This document shows positions 12,811-24,127 of a stretch of DNA of 64,000 bases, in pieces. The stretch is from Lama glama (lineage: Eukaryota): positions 93,436,001-93,500,000 of the forward strand of contig CM052816.1 in assembly GCA_028534125.1 (NCBI GenBank), read 5' to 3'. Positions within the stretch are counted from its first letter, which is position 1, and every line of letters begins with the position of its first letter. The notes beneath the pieces were generated by a model that was not told the origin of the DNA, ran no database searches, and was given only the letters and a program-made list of their open reading frames with translations. The position numbers and the translations under genes are program-made.

Positions 12811-13224
12811 ACTCCTACTTCATTCTTATGTTATTTTGCCTGATCATAACGAGATTTCACATGAATGCTGCCATCAGTTGAAAACTATAGATTCCTTCAA
12901 GGAAGGAATTGTGTATTATTTATCCTGCGTCCTAGCACGGAGCAGCAACTTGTCATGTAATTCATTCTCAACCAGTTCATGCTGCTTGAATAGTATTGGC
13001 TAACACAGGGTTACTATGTACCGATTTTTAGGAAAAGAACTTAAAATTTCCTTTAGTAAACTACGTAATTCCTGTGATTAAAGGATGTGAGGATACTTTT
13101 TATGTTCACAACTCTATTCAAAACACGTCTCAGTCAACCTCAGACAAATCACTTGCTAGACACTCGATGTGAATTTTGAGCGTAAGCACAGATTTTATAT
13201 TCATCAATTTCTTAATCGGCTCCC

Positions 13225-13340
13225 TCAGTCATAAAATTTTTATCAAGCATTTTTCTTTGCAATGTGTTGTGACAGGTATTTGGTATATATCAATGAATAA
13301 GACATGATCCCTGCTCTCCAAGAACTCACAATCGAGCGGA
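13225..13340 (-). mobile_element. L2 3' end
   Basis: tttatcaagcat...atgaataagacatgatccctgctctccaagaactcacaatc. Confidence 0.65.
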
Positions 13341-13882
13341 CGTCTTATTGTTTGCATGAATGTCATTTCCTGTTATATACTTTACATAGGCACAGGTTAT
13401 TTTTAATACTTTTACATTCTGATACGAATAATTTTCTTTAGTAATACTTTCCTTTGACTACCACCTTAGAAAAATTAACGACCCTTTGGGCAGAGGTAGA
13501 AAGAGAGAATTAACCCACCCTTTTCAAAAAAATATATTCTAGGGGAATTGAGATGAATGAGTACGGTTTAATTATAAAATAAAGACTTTTTTAAAGGACT
13601 CCTTTACCTCATAATTTTGTATGTGGAACTGCTGAATTTCTTATCACCACATAAGATTTCTTCCAATAGGATATTCTTTAACGTGTGAGATAGTCTGCTT
13701 CAACATCTTGTAAGACTTTACAGAAACCTATTATCCCTTGTTTTTAGGTTAGTATTACCACTGTTAATTGTTCCAAACTGCTTGTGGGACACATTTTTCC
13801 ACAGACGACTCATTCTGTTGCAGTTCTAAACTGATTTAGCCTCGTTGTGGATTTTAGTCTCATGCATATTTACCAATAACCT

Positions 13883-14190
13883 TGTACAGGGCATGCTATG
13901 GTGCACTGTAGGTTCCAGATTCCAAGGCACTCATTTCCTCCACCCTAAGAGTGTTTCTTGCCAGTAGCTCACAGCTCAGCTCCTAGTCAGGACTGCTTGC
14001 AGCTGAGAGGAATGTCCTCATGGAGGTTATGTGCAATCCCACAGGGAAGTCCACATGGAATGGCTCAGTGATGTGAGCAGTTCCTGGCCGGGCCCTCTTT
14101 CTTTAATTGAGACATCTCTTAAGGGCCATCTCAGCTGCAGAGCTTTCCATGGGACAGGCTGAGGCCTCTTTTGTAACTGTTGTATATAGT
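13883..14190 (+). mobile_element. LTR16-like ERVL LTR (upstream copy, 3'-truncated)
   Basis: tgctatggtgcac...ccaaggcactcatttcc...gagacatctcttaagggccatctcagctgcagagctttccatgggacaggctgaggcctc. Confidence 0.7.
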
Positions 14191-15719
14191 GGTGAAATGG
14201 TAAAATTTTCAACAGCATTGAATGGGGATGGAGTATAGTCGAAAGGAATGTAGTGTTTTTTTGGGACAGGAACTTGAAATGTTTAGGATAATAAAAGAAT
14301 GGCTCCTGCTGAGTGCTATTGGTGTATCAGAGAAAAAATTAAACACTTAAGGTAATTAATTATCCATTTGGGCTTCAGTGTGAAATTCACATAACCTCTT
14401 TGGAAACATAAAAATCTCACTTTCTGGAAACCAAGGGCAGAAAAGGCTAAGGATCAGTCCCAGAACTTAATAATAAGGGTACCAGGACTCTAGAGAATGT
14501 TAAAATTTCCACCTCATGAAGTCTGCTATACCAAGAATAACAGATCAGATAAATAGGGACACTGAGATTTGAGATAGACATCTGTGTTGATGCACTTGAC
14601 AACCTTGAATCCCTAGTTTTTCTTGACTGTTCCGGACCTGTAGAAGTGGTCCATCTCTCCCTGTAAAGGCTGGTACTCCTGCATTGACCTTGCAAGCAAA
14701 CAGGTGGGTGTGATGGATTGAATGGAGCCAACATGTATTTCAAGTATGTATTATCTTTCCTGCCCACAGGGCCTGAGCCAGCACCACTCCCTGAGGGCTT
14801 ACAGAGGATTTGATACATATGCACAGGTTATTTATTTGGGTCTTATTTAGTATTACATTGGACCAAGGGTGATAAAGGGTACCTCCACGGGTTCTATTAA
14901 ATATCACATTATTCAGAAGCAGAGTCTGGAACAGATTTTTGAAAATGCAGACAATCTGTGGTCATTGAATGTCATCCTCCTTTCAAAATATAGTACATAC
15001 CCTGAATTTGTGACAGTTTTATGGTACTATGTCCCTGAAAGGCAGAATAAATAGTCTGAGAGCCAAAGATGGAAATTGGGTTGGCCCTTATTCCCAGTGG
15101 CCCTCTTGAGGAATTTGTGTATCTCAGCCACACATCTTTACACTTTGTAGAATAAAAGCTGTTCCTTCTGGGCATGGGGTGGTGGTGGTAATCCCTTCTA
15201 TTGACAAAACAGAGTGCAGTGACTTCCTCTCATTCCTTTGAGCCTCTTGTGCCAAAAGACTAGCAAGCAAGGGAAGGAATGAGCATTCTGTAGGAGGTAG
15301 TGACTGAGTATCAAAAGTAGGTAGGGTTGCTATAAAGTAATAAGAGCAGAAAGAATGTATTTAGCACCCAGATGGCTCTTCTCTTTGAGAGCCCCTTCCC
15401 AATGGAGAAGCACTCCTGACATGAAAAAGGCATAATGACCAGTAGCTCCAAACCTCTCAGTAATGAGATATGGGTCAATTTACCCGCTAAGCTATGGAGA
15501 ACAGGATTATTGCTAGTGAAGATAAGAGGAAGTCTAGAGAAGATAACAGAAGAGAGAGATGGTAAGGATTCCCTGCAGCCCTGTCACTAGCACTCCACTC
15601 TCCTCTCTCTTGTAATTTCCTCTAGGGAAAGGGACAAATTTGAATCTTGGAGGAGACACTCCTTGATAAAGTCAACATGTTTATGAAGCAAACAGCAATT
15701 AGTAGAGCAAGGGATGGAC
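14191..15719 (+). mobile_element. degenerate ERVL (HERV16/ERV3-16A3-like) internal sequence
   Basis: Lies between two LTR16-like copies; cccagtggccctcttgaggaatttgtg motif; ends in PPT-like agcaagggatggac directly before the second LTR; no intact ORF. Confidence 0.6.
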
Positions 15720-16140
15720 CATGCTGAGTGACGTGGTGCACTGCCCAGATCCGCCCCCCACTCAGAACCAAGGCACTCATTTCTCCCGTTTCTGAGAGTG
15801 ATACTTGATAAAGGTTCAAATCTGAGTCCCTCCTGAGAACTTACCCTCAAAGGAGCTGCCTCTTCTAAGGTTATGACCCATCCCCAGGGGAAGTTTATAT
15901 CCGGTGATTGTGAGAAGATGAAGATTCCACTCCTTCTGTCAGTGGGAAACAACTCAAAGGACCATCCTATTTCCATAGCACCCCCAAGATCAGTTAAGGC
16001 TTTTATTGTAGCTTAATCTAATTTGATTTATCTCACTGCATATCTTCATTTCCTTCACTCCTTCTCAGAGGTTGCTCCCAAGACCCGTCCTTAATAAAAT
16101 TTCTTCATGCAGAGTGTATTCCTGAGCGATCCCAATGACA
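15720..16140 (+). mobile_element. LTR16-like ERVL LTR (downstream copy)
   Basis: gtggtgcactgcccagatcc...accaaggcactcatttctccc...ccttaataaaatttcttcatgca...atgaca (polyA signal and CA end). Confidence 0.75.
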
Positions 16141-16965
16141 GCACTTCGTTCTCTCTCATATTTTTCTGTAACGTCTCATTATTATTTCTATTTAATTTCA
16201 TAACTAATAATAGTTCATTATTCTGCTTTGCAATATATATCCTTGTCCCAGATTAAGCATGGATAATACATGTTCTTTTATAGTTTATATCATTTACTTC
16301 ATTATATATTTTTGATTCAATACTTCCCCTTGTTCACTGAGTAATACTATGGGAGACATTTTATCTGATTTGTGCTTTTCTGAAGAGCCCTAATTTATTA
16401 TAGTACCATTATATTATCTATTAGAATTATCTATGATTTCTAATAAGTGTGGGGTTCAAGTTCCCTCAGTTTTATCCTGTGAAACAGGTTCTCTAAATTG
16501 ATGCAGAGAGATTGCTCTTCTGCGTCAGTGCAGGTCTCATTAAATGTATAAATCAAAAATGCCTTTTTTTAGGATAGAGCAAATCAAGTAACTAAAGTGT
16601 TGCTTTTGGGAAGGATGACAAGTGTCCTATTCATTGTCTTGATCAATTTTGACATACCAGAATGTCCTCATCCAATTTCCAGGTTTTTGCACTACCTTTT
16701 TAATGTGTCTATTCATTCAGTTAAGGTCTATTGAGCATCTATCTTGTTGCACAAGATGCATGATTATCCATGCCTGCCAAACACACGATGCTGGTAACAG
16801 TAAAATTTACTAGTTATGGTAACTTACAAGGAGAGAAGAAAGCATAGGGTCCCTCATAGCTGTTCCCCAGGGGCATGTCTATGGCCGCAGCCTCAAAGAA
16901 CTACCTAAGAGGGAGACTGTCACTCCCAATCTGAGCTCCAGATTTGTGCGTTGATCTGAAAGGGG

Positions 16966-17204
16966 TGTATTAATTTGCTGGTGTTGTAATAACAACCAAA
17001 TATTACAGAATTTATGGCTTAACCAGGTGCCTTACGCAACGGAAACATATTTTCTCACAATTATGGCAGCTATCAGCTTGAGATTATGGTGCCATCAGGG
17101 TTGGCTTCTCTTGAGGCCTCTCTCCTGGGCTGTCAGGTGGCAGTCTTCTTCTGAGGTCCTCACATGGCCTGTATTCATGTCTCTGTCCTAATCTCCTCTT
17201 CACA
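16966..17204 (-). mobile_element. MLT1B-like LTR, truncated at the adjacent L1
   Basis: tgtattaatttgctgg...tttctcacaattatggcagct...gaggcctctctcctgggct...tgtcctaatctcctctt. Confidence 0.8.
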
Positions 17205-18840
17205 GAGTAACAGCAATCAATGCAATATCAACGGAGAAGACCAAAACTGGAGGACTGATGTTACTCAAAGTCAAGACACACTATAAAGCTGCTGTAATCA
17301 TGACAGTGTGGTATTGTAAAAAGCGTAGAAAAATAGAAAAAAGTGAAACAACAGTCCCCAGAATAGACCCTTACAAATACAGTCAACTAATCTTCGACAA
17401 AGAAGAAAAGGCAATACGATGGAGCAAAAATAAAAACAGACTTTTCAACAGATTGTGCTAGAACAAGTAGATATTCACATGCAAAATGAAAAAAATCTAG
17501 ACACAGGCCTCACACACCCATCAAAAATTATATTAAAATGGATCATAGACCTAAATGTAAAACAGAAAACTATAAAAATCTTAGACAATAGATAAGAGAA
17601 AGCCTGAATGACTTTGGGTATAGCAATGACTTTTTAGATAGGCTACCAAAGGCATCATCTTGGAAAGAAATAATTGATAAGCTGTCTTCACTAAAATGAT
17701 AAACTTCTGCCCTGTAAGAGACTTACCAAGAGAATAAGAAGACAAGCCACAGACAGAAAATATTTGCAAAAGACACATTTGATAAAGGGCCATTGTTCAA
17801 GATATACATAGAACTAAAATTCAACAAAAAGAACACAAACAACCCAGTTTAAAAATGGCCTCAAGCCTCTGATGGACACCTCACCAAAGAAGATATTCAG
17901 ATGACAGATAAACACATGAAAAGATGCTCAACATCATTGGACATCAGGGAAATGCAAATTAAAATAACAGTGAGATACCACTGTATATCTATTACAACGG
18001 CCAAAATCCAGAACACTGAAAACATCAAATGCTGACAAGGAAGTGGAGCAATAGGAACTCTCATTCAATGCTAGTGGGAATGTGAAATGATACAGCAACA
18101 CTGAAAGACAGTTTTGCAGTTTCTTATAAAACTAAACATACTATTACTCTATAATCTAGCAATCATGCTTTTTGATATTTTCCCCAAAGAAGCTGAAAAT
18201 GTATGTCCACACAAAAACCTGCACACAGATATTCATAGCCTCTTTATTCATAATTGCCCAAATTTGGAATCAACAAAGATGTCCTTCAGTAGGTGACTAG
18301 ATAAATAAACTGTGGTACATCTTGACAATGGAATACTATTCAGCACTAAAAAGAAATGAGCTATCAAGCCATGAAAAGACATAGAGGAAACTTAAATGTA
18401 TGCATATTACTAAGTGAAAGAAGCCAATCTGAAAAGGCTACATACCATATAATGTTCTGGAAAAGGTAAAACTATGGAGACAGTGAAAGTATCAGTGGTC
18501 ACCAGGGATTGGGGGAAAGGAAGGCGCGAATAGGCGGAGCACAAAAGAATTTAGGGCAGTGATAATACTTTGTATGATGCCTCAGTGATGGATACATGTC
18601 ATTGCACATTTGCCTAAACCTGTAGATGTACCACACCACGAGTGAACCCCAGTGTGAACTATGGGCTTTGGATGATTGTGATGCGCCAGTGTAGGTTTAT
18701 TAATCATTACAAAAGTACCACTCTGGTGGTGATTGCTGACGGTGGGGGGAGGTTATTCATGTGTGGTGACAAGGGGTAAATGGGAAATCTTTGTACCTTC
18801 CTCTCAATTTTGCTGCAAATCTAAAAATGCTCAAAAAAGT
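17205..18840 (+). mobile_element. L1MC1/L1MC2-like LINE-1, 3' ORF2 remnant plus 3'UTR
   Basis: ORF 17258-17461 (KTHYKAAVIMTVWY...YSQLIFDKEEKAIRW...LFNRLC) is L1 ORF2-like; 3'UTR ends gtaccttcctctcaattttgctgcaaatctaaaaatgctcaaaaaa. Confidence 0.92.
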
Positions 18841-19677
18841 TCTCAAATGCAAGCCTTCTCCCACCCTCCAAATGAAAATAGAAATAGAAAAATAGCTAAA
18901 TCCAGGGGAAAAGTTAGAATAAAATACCTACTGTACAAAATATGTGTATCTCCTAGAAGAGTGCTGAATATTTATTTCTGAGCTTCATAACAGTGCATGG
19001 AAACAGGACCAGGCCATCTACTGTATGATACATAATAGTCACAAGATAGAAGTAAGCCAATTATAATTACATTTTTGATATCCCCAATAAACACCTAAGT
19101 GCAATTATTCCGCACTGAGATTTGAGGAAGACATGAAGTAAAATGCAGCTCTTTGGATTTTAATCATATTTCCTCCCCACAGGTTTTAATTACTCTCTGG
19201 GGAAAAAACTGCTACTTTACATATTACCCTTTTATTCTTTCATCTTTTTTGCTCCACACTACTTTCCTTGCCTTTCCTTATTTCCCTCCATTTCTACTCA
19301 CTAGTAAAGGGCCAAAAAGATTAGAGACGTGAGATCAGCGCTGGAAAATATTTGGTCAGAATTAATTGGGGAGAATCATTCTAATCACAATCTTTGCCTT
19401 CTTCATGATGTATTTGGATACATGACATTTCATGCCACTCATCAGCTAAAATGCTTCAATAGTTAATGAACTTCCCTATCTCACAAACATCAGCTATAAT
19501 ATTAAGATGAACATGTCATTTGTTTATTAGTGCATGCAAATACCAAGAGAAGTTTTTGTATTATGAACAGCAACTATTTACTAGCAAATTTGGAAATGTA
19601 TCATGAGCATATTTTCAAAAAAATCTCTGAATATGTGGTAACATGTGTCACTCTGTTTCGTTGGCTTCCCAAAGGCT

Positions 19678-19715
19678 AAGCACCATTTTACCTTCAAAGC
19701 ACTATTTTACCTTCA
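19678..19715. repeat. 19-bp tandem duplication
   Basis: aagcaccattttaccttca / aagcactattttaccttca (1 mismatch). Confidence 0.85.
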
Positions 19716-20545
19716 AAATAGTACTGTATTTTAGTTTCAACAGTAAGCTCTTTATTGCAAACCATTTATAAAAAATGAATGCTTACCAAAATCCAGTACT
19801 GGCCTCGAGCAGACAGGACAAGGGTGGCCAGAGTGGTAGTTGCTGGAACATGAAGACAAATTAGCTGTTATGTTGCCAAGAGTATAAATTGCTCTTGGCC
19901 ATGTGGATGTCCCTTTTCTAGTCTATCAGTGCTTGGGGCAGGGCGGTGCAGTGACACCCTGAGGAGCTGAGAACAGGCAGCTGGTCACAAAAATTGGACA
20001 TGCACTAATTTAACATAAGTTTTAGTGACATGGAAGATTCTCAGAGATCCACTGTGGAGTGGTGACTTGAATGGGAAATTGGATACTAAGGCACACATAT
20101 GAAGCAGCACAAATATGTCCCTTCTCTTTCTGAGACATGTGTTAAAGCAGGTAATTAATTTTAATGGTCTGTAAAAACAGTGAAAAAGTCTTTGGTTGAG
20201 CAGCTGAAAGGAAAGGCTTCACTCATTACCCCTTTCTAGCTCTAGCTCTATTGATGCCTCTCTATCTCTTTCCTCTCTCTCTCCATTTCTTTTTTCCTAG
20301 GGTTGTGGTTTTAGAGTAGGCACACAGAGGACTTGTTGTGTTACAGAGTAGTTGGTAAAGAGGTAAGGAAGGGTCCACTATATGCTCTCCTGTCACCAAG
20401 GATGTAGGAAAATATTGAGATATTAGAATAAAAAGCCAGTGGTTTGAGGAGAGTCATCCTAAGAGAGTGGACTTTGGCCAAATTTTCCCCCACTCTTATG
20501 CAGTTTTAGGTGTGGGTCAGTGGGCTAACTTTTGAATTCCTGATA

Positions 20546-21005
20546 TGTTATCAAACCAAAGGGGTTTCTATTCCTGATGTACAGCAAAGCCAATCTACTG
20601 ACTCTGGTTGACACAGGAGAAAGTACAGCATTTATTGCAGGGCCAAGCAGGGAGAACGGGCAGCTCATGTTCAAAAGGTCCAAACTCCCTGATGGCTTAC
20701 AGAAAGGGGTGTTTAAAGGCAAAGTGATGATCAGTTTGTGGACATCCTTCTGATTTATTGGTGGTGAGATAGCAGGGTAGTGTTTTGGGAATTTCAATTA
20801 TCAACCTCTGGGTCCTACCGCCTGGGGTCTACCTGCTGGTGGTCAGCATGCAGTTAACTTCTTCCACCTGGGTGTGGGGGTGGGGTTAATATCTGCAAAA
20901 CAACTCAAGGATATGGCTCAAGATATCTATAAACCTTGAGGAGGAACTAAATGTCCTTGACTTTGTCTCATGGTTAAACTGTAATTATTTTGTCTGGCTT
21001 GACTG

Positions 21006-21060
<55 letters not shown>

Positions 21061-21213
21061 GGTTTGTTTGTTTCTGTATTTCTTTCTTAGATTAAATTTG
21101 CTCTTTGGAACTTGAGGAAGGCCTAGGAGGCTAAAGCTTTTCTGCAAACAAGAGGCAGGGGACACTGGAGGGTCTCTCCCCAGGAAGGTCCCACAGGGTC
21201 CTGCTTGGTTTCA
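20546..21213 (-). mobile_element. ERV1-class solo LTR
   Basis: TG...CA termini (tgttatcaaacc...cttggtttca); 4-bp near-TSD gata/gatg; minus-strand AATAAA at 20631-20636. Confidence 0.8.
21010..21060. repeat. (TA)n-poly(T) compound microsatellite inside the LTR
   Basis: About 17 TA units followed by 16 T. Confidence 0.95.
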
Positions 21214-21271
21214 GATGAAGGAAGAAAAAGAAGTGGAGAGAAGAGAGCAAAGAAGAGGGAAGCAAAAGGTG

Positions 21272-21702
21272 ATTGGTGAGTAGGTTCTAAGATGGACCTT
21301 AGGGATCCCTGATTCCTGTGGTATTTATGACCTCCTGTATTCCCCTTCTCCTAAGGGTAGTCCTACAGACACGATTCTAATGAAGAAATGATGGAAAGCA
21401 ATTTCCAAGATTGGGTTACAAAGAAACGTGGCTTCTGACTTGGGTGTCCTTTCTCCCTCCCCATCTCTCTCCCAGGACCCTCGCCCTGGAAGAAGCAAGC
21501 TGCCATGTTGCAAGCAGTCCTGTGGACAACCCCAAACGGCAGAAACCGACGTCTTCGGTCAATAGCTAGTGAAGACCTAAGTCCTGCCAACAGCCATGTG
21601 AGTGTGGCTGGAGGAGAATCCTCCCCAAGGCAAGCCTGGAGCTGACTCCAGTCCCTGGTGACCATTTAATTGCCGCCTTGTGGGAGACCTTGAACCAGAG
21701 GT
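21272..21702 (+). mobile_element. MaLR LTR, MLT1F/G-like, 3'-truncated
   Basis: ttctaagatggacc...gaagcaagctgccatgttg...cctgccaacagccatgtgagtg...gccttgtgggagaccttgaaccagagg. Confidence 0.8.
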
Positions 21703-21734
21703 CCGGATCTATAAATATATGTAACATGTGCATA

Positions 21735-22020
21735 CATATAGATTTACTGTAGGAATAGGTTTCATGTTATTCTGTATATAACAGGTTATGTAGGCAAAAA
21801 AGTGCCATGATTTGCAGTCTGCCAGCTGGAGAACTAGGAAAACCTGTGATGTAATTCAGTCTTAGTCTGGAGGCTTGAGAATCATGGGGGCTGATGGTGT
21901 TAAGTCCTGATCTGAGTCCGAAAGCTTGAGAGCCAGGAACCCCAACGTCCAAGGGCGGGAGAAGATGGATGGGTCAGCTCAAGCAGAGAGAGCAAACTTG
22001 CCCTTTCTCTGTCTTTTTGC
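21735..22020 (-). mobile_element. MLT2-like ERVL LTR fragment
   Basis: tgcagtctgccagctggagaactaggaaaacc...gagtccgaaagcttgagagccagg...gagaagatggatgggtcagctcaagcagagagagc. Confidence 0.8.
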
Positions 22021-22320
22021 CTTTTTCTCCTATTGCTTTTATCTGCAAAACTATGTATTATACTTTCAGGTTTCAAAAACCTATCTTTGTAGTTCAAAGC
22101 TTGTTTGCATGCTGACCCTTTGAAGCTCAGGCCTTCCAGCCATACCAAATATTTCCTACCTCTTTGTCATTTATCACTCATCAGTTTCCATTATCACTCA
22201 ATCTTTTGAGGGACTCTGATCTGGACTTATGAAGTTTATAATAAATTTCATTGTCACAGTCCCTAAGCTGGTCTGTGTGGGTGTGTCTGTTTGTAAGTTT
22301 AATATGCTCTCACACACTGG

Positions 22321-24127
22321 ATCCTGCCAGTGCCCCCAGAGAGGCATCAGCCATCCACACACCTGGCATCCTGTGGGACCTGCTGCACACTGAGGGAGCA
22401 AACACAAGCAGAGCGGTGGTGGCCGGGCTCGGACTGGGGCTGCTGCTCCTGCCACTGCTCTTGCTTATGCAGATTTATTCAAATCAAGCAACTGGTGCAC
22501 CGCTTTCAAGTAGCTCCTCCCTGACTACCTTGGCTGCACTAAATCCAGCTAATGCCACCACCAAGGTCAAGTGACGATGCTCTGCAGTCAACAGCCAGTC
22601 TCTTCGTGATCTCGGTCTCCCTTGTACATCTCTATTGTTAAGAGACTGAGGCCGAGAAACATCTCTACTTCCCCATCTTCTAAGCTCAATTCAGCTGGCA
22701 TCTAGACATCCAGTGTGACAAGGAATAAAACAGGTCTTCCTCGAATGAATCTGCTCATTCCATACCTCATTTTATTGACAGAAAATGTTGAGGACCCCAA
22801 ATTTGATGGGTTTGAAGAGCATGTGAAAGGTTTGACTAGCCAATATTAAATCTGCTGGAGTTTTCTGTACAAGATGGAGAGACAACATCCAAAATTAGTT
22901 AAGAGATGATTTCCTTAAATGTGGTTCAAGAAGCATGGACACATAAAACTCTACTTTGCAAATGAGAATGGATTTTATCTTACTTACAGATAAAGGTTGG
23001 GATGTGGAACAGAGATTCAGTTTTCATTTGGTTCTTTAAATTTACAAGGCCATAAAACAATTAGGTAATACAGAAGGCTTTCGTGATTTTATTTATATAT
23101 GTACATTAGAAGGTCTTACTGTAAATCCTCAGTTTCAGCAGCATGAATTCAGTGCCGATGTACTCTAGATAAAGTTCTATGTTAAACTATCACTGTTCTC
23201 TTGGGAACTGAACTCTTTCCTCTGGGGCTTTGGATTTGACATTGAGTTTGACTTTTGATACAGTAATTGACATGTGCCAGGGCAATGATGGATTGGAATC
23301 TACCCCAGATCCAAGCATAATGAGTACATGTTGCTTATATTCTTATCAACTATTCTCATTCAATAAGAGCACTAGATTCTTTTAGCTACACTGATAACAA
23401 AGAGGAGAAGTACATTGAACTCAACTAATTTCAAAATGCTTTTTATTTCTGCATCTGTTGAACACTTTTTATGGTTTTAAAAATGATCTCTTTTGAAGGT
23501 AAAATCGACAAATCTTGAAATTAAAAAGGCAAAAAGGTGAAGGAGCCAAACTGTAAATCAAGTATTTGGGAAGTAACAACTGGAAGCTTGCTTACATTAA
23601 ATTCAGAAAAACTTTTATACGCTTTTCCATAAATGCTTAAAAAAAACAAAGTCAGAGTAGCCACATTTGGAACACTTTCTGTTATTAGTCAATATTTTTA
23701 GGGAGTTAGAACCTGGTTCGCAGCCTAAAGTGGGCTTGATTTTGGAAAGTAAATCTTTTTACAACTGCCTGGATGCACAGAAACCTTTTTAAAAACAGAC
23801 TCCCTAAAGTCATTTGTTTGCATGGTCGCACACTGGTGTAAGCACACTGATGTTCCAATATCTAATACGGCCATAGGAGTCTTGGCGACCAAAGTCATTT
23901 ATTTCCCCTATTTAGAAACCTGCACTGGAACAACCACCTCCAGCAGATCTCAAGCCACGGTGTGTGTGAATGAACATCCCCTGAATGCTGTACATCTATT
24001 TTGGATTGTATATTGTGTTTGTGAGTTTATGCTTTGATTCATAGTAACTTCACATGTTATGGAATTGATCTGCATTAAACACAAACTTTAAATAAAAAGA
24101 AATGGCCAAAGAGCAAAAAAAAAAAAA
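22321..24127 (+). pseudogene. CD24: CD24 processed pseudogene (retrocopy)
   Basis: 22404-22641 reads [28 protein letters not shown]...NPANATTKV, then after a +1 frameshift [23 protein letters not shown]; human CD24 as recalled is [26 protein letters not shown]...[32 protein letters not shown]. No intron; ATG mutated to ACA; long 3'UTR; AATAAA at 24091; A13 at 24115-24127; TSD atgctctcacacactgg (22304-22320) vs atgttctcatacattgg (24127-24143). Confidence 0.95.

Noticed and set aside
17258..18296. ORFs with reverse-transcriptase-element similarity as an active retroelement or novel system
   Set aside because: Fragmented C-terminal L1 ORF2 of an old 5'-truncated L1MC with many stops and frameshifts
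22229..22251. Imperfect palindrome atgaagtttataataaatttcat
   Set aside because: Short AT-rich palindromes are expected by chance and this is too short for a miRNA hairpin
22251..22574. 107-aa ORF as a functional membrane-protein gene
   Set aside because: Starts at TTG; it is flanking DNA read into the disabled CD24 retrocopy
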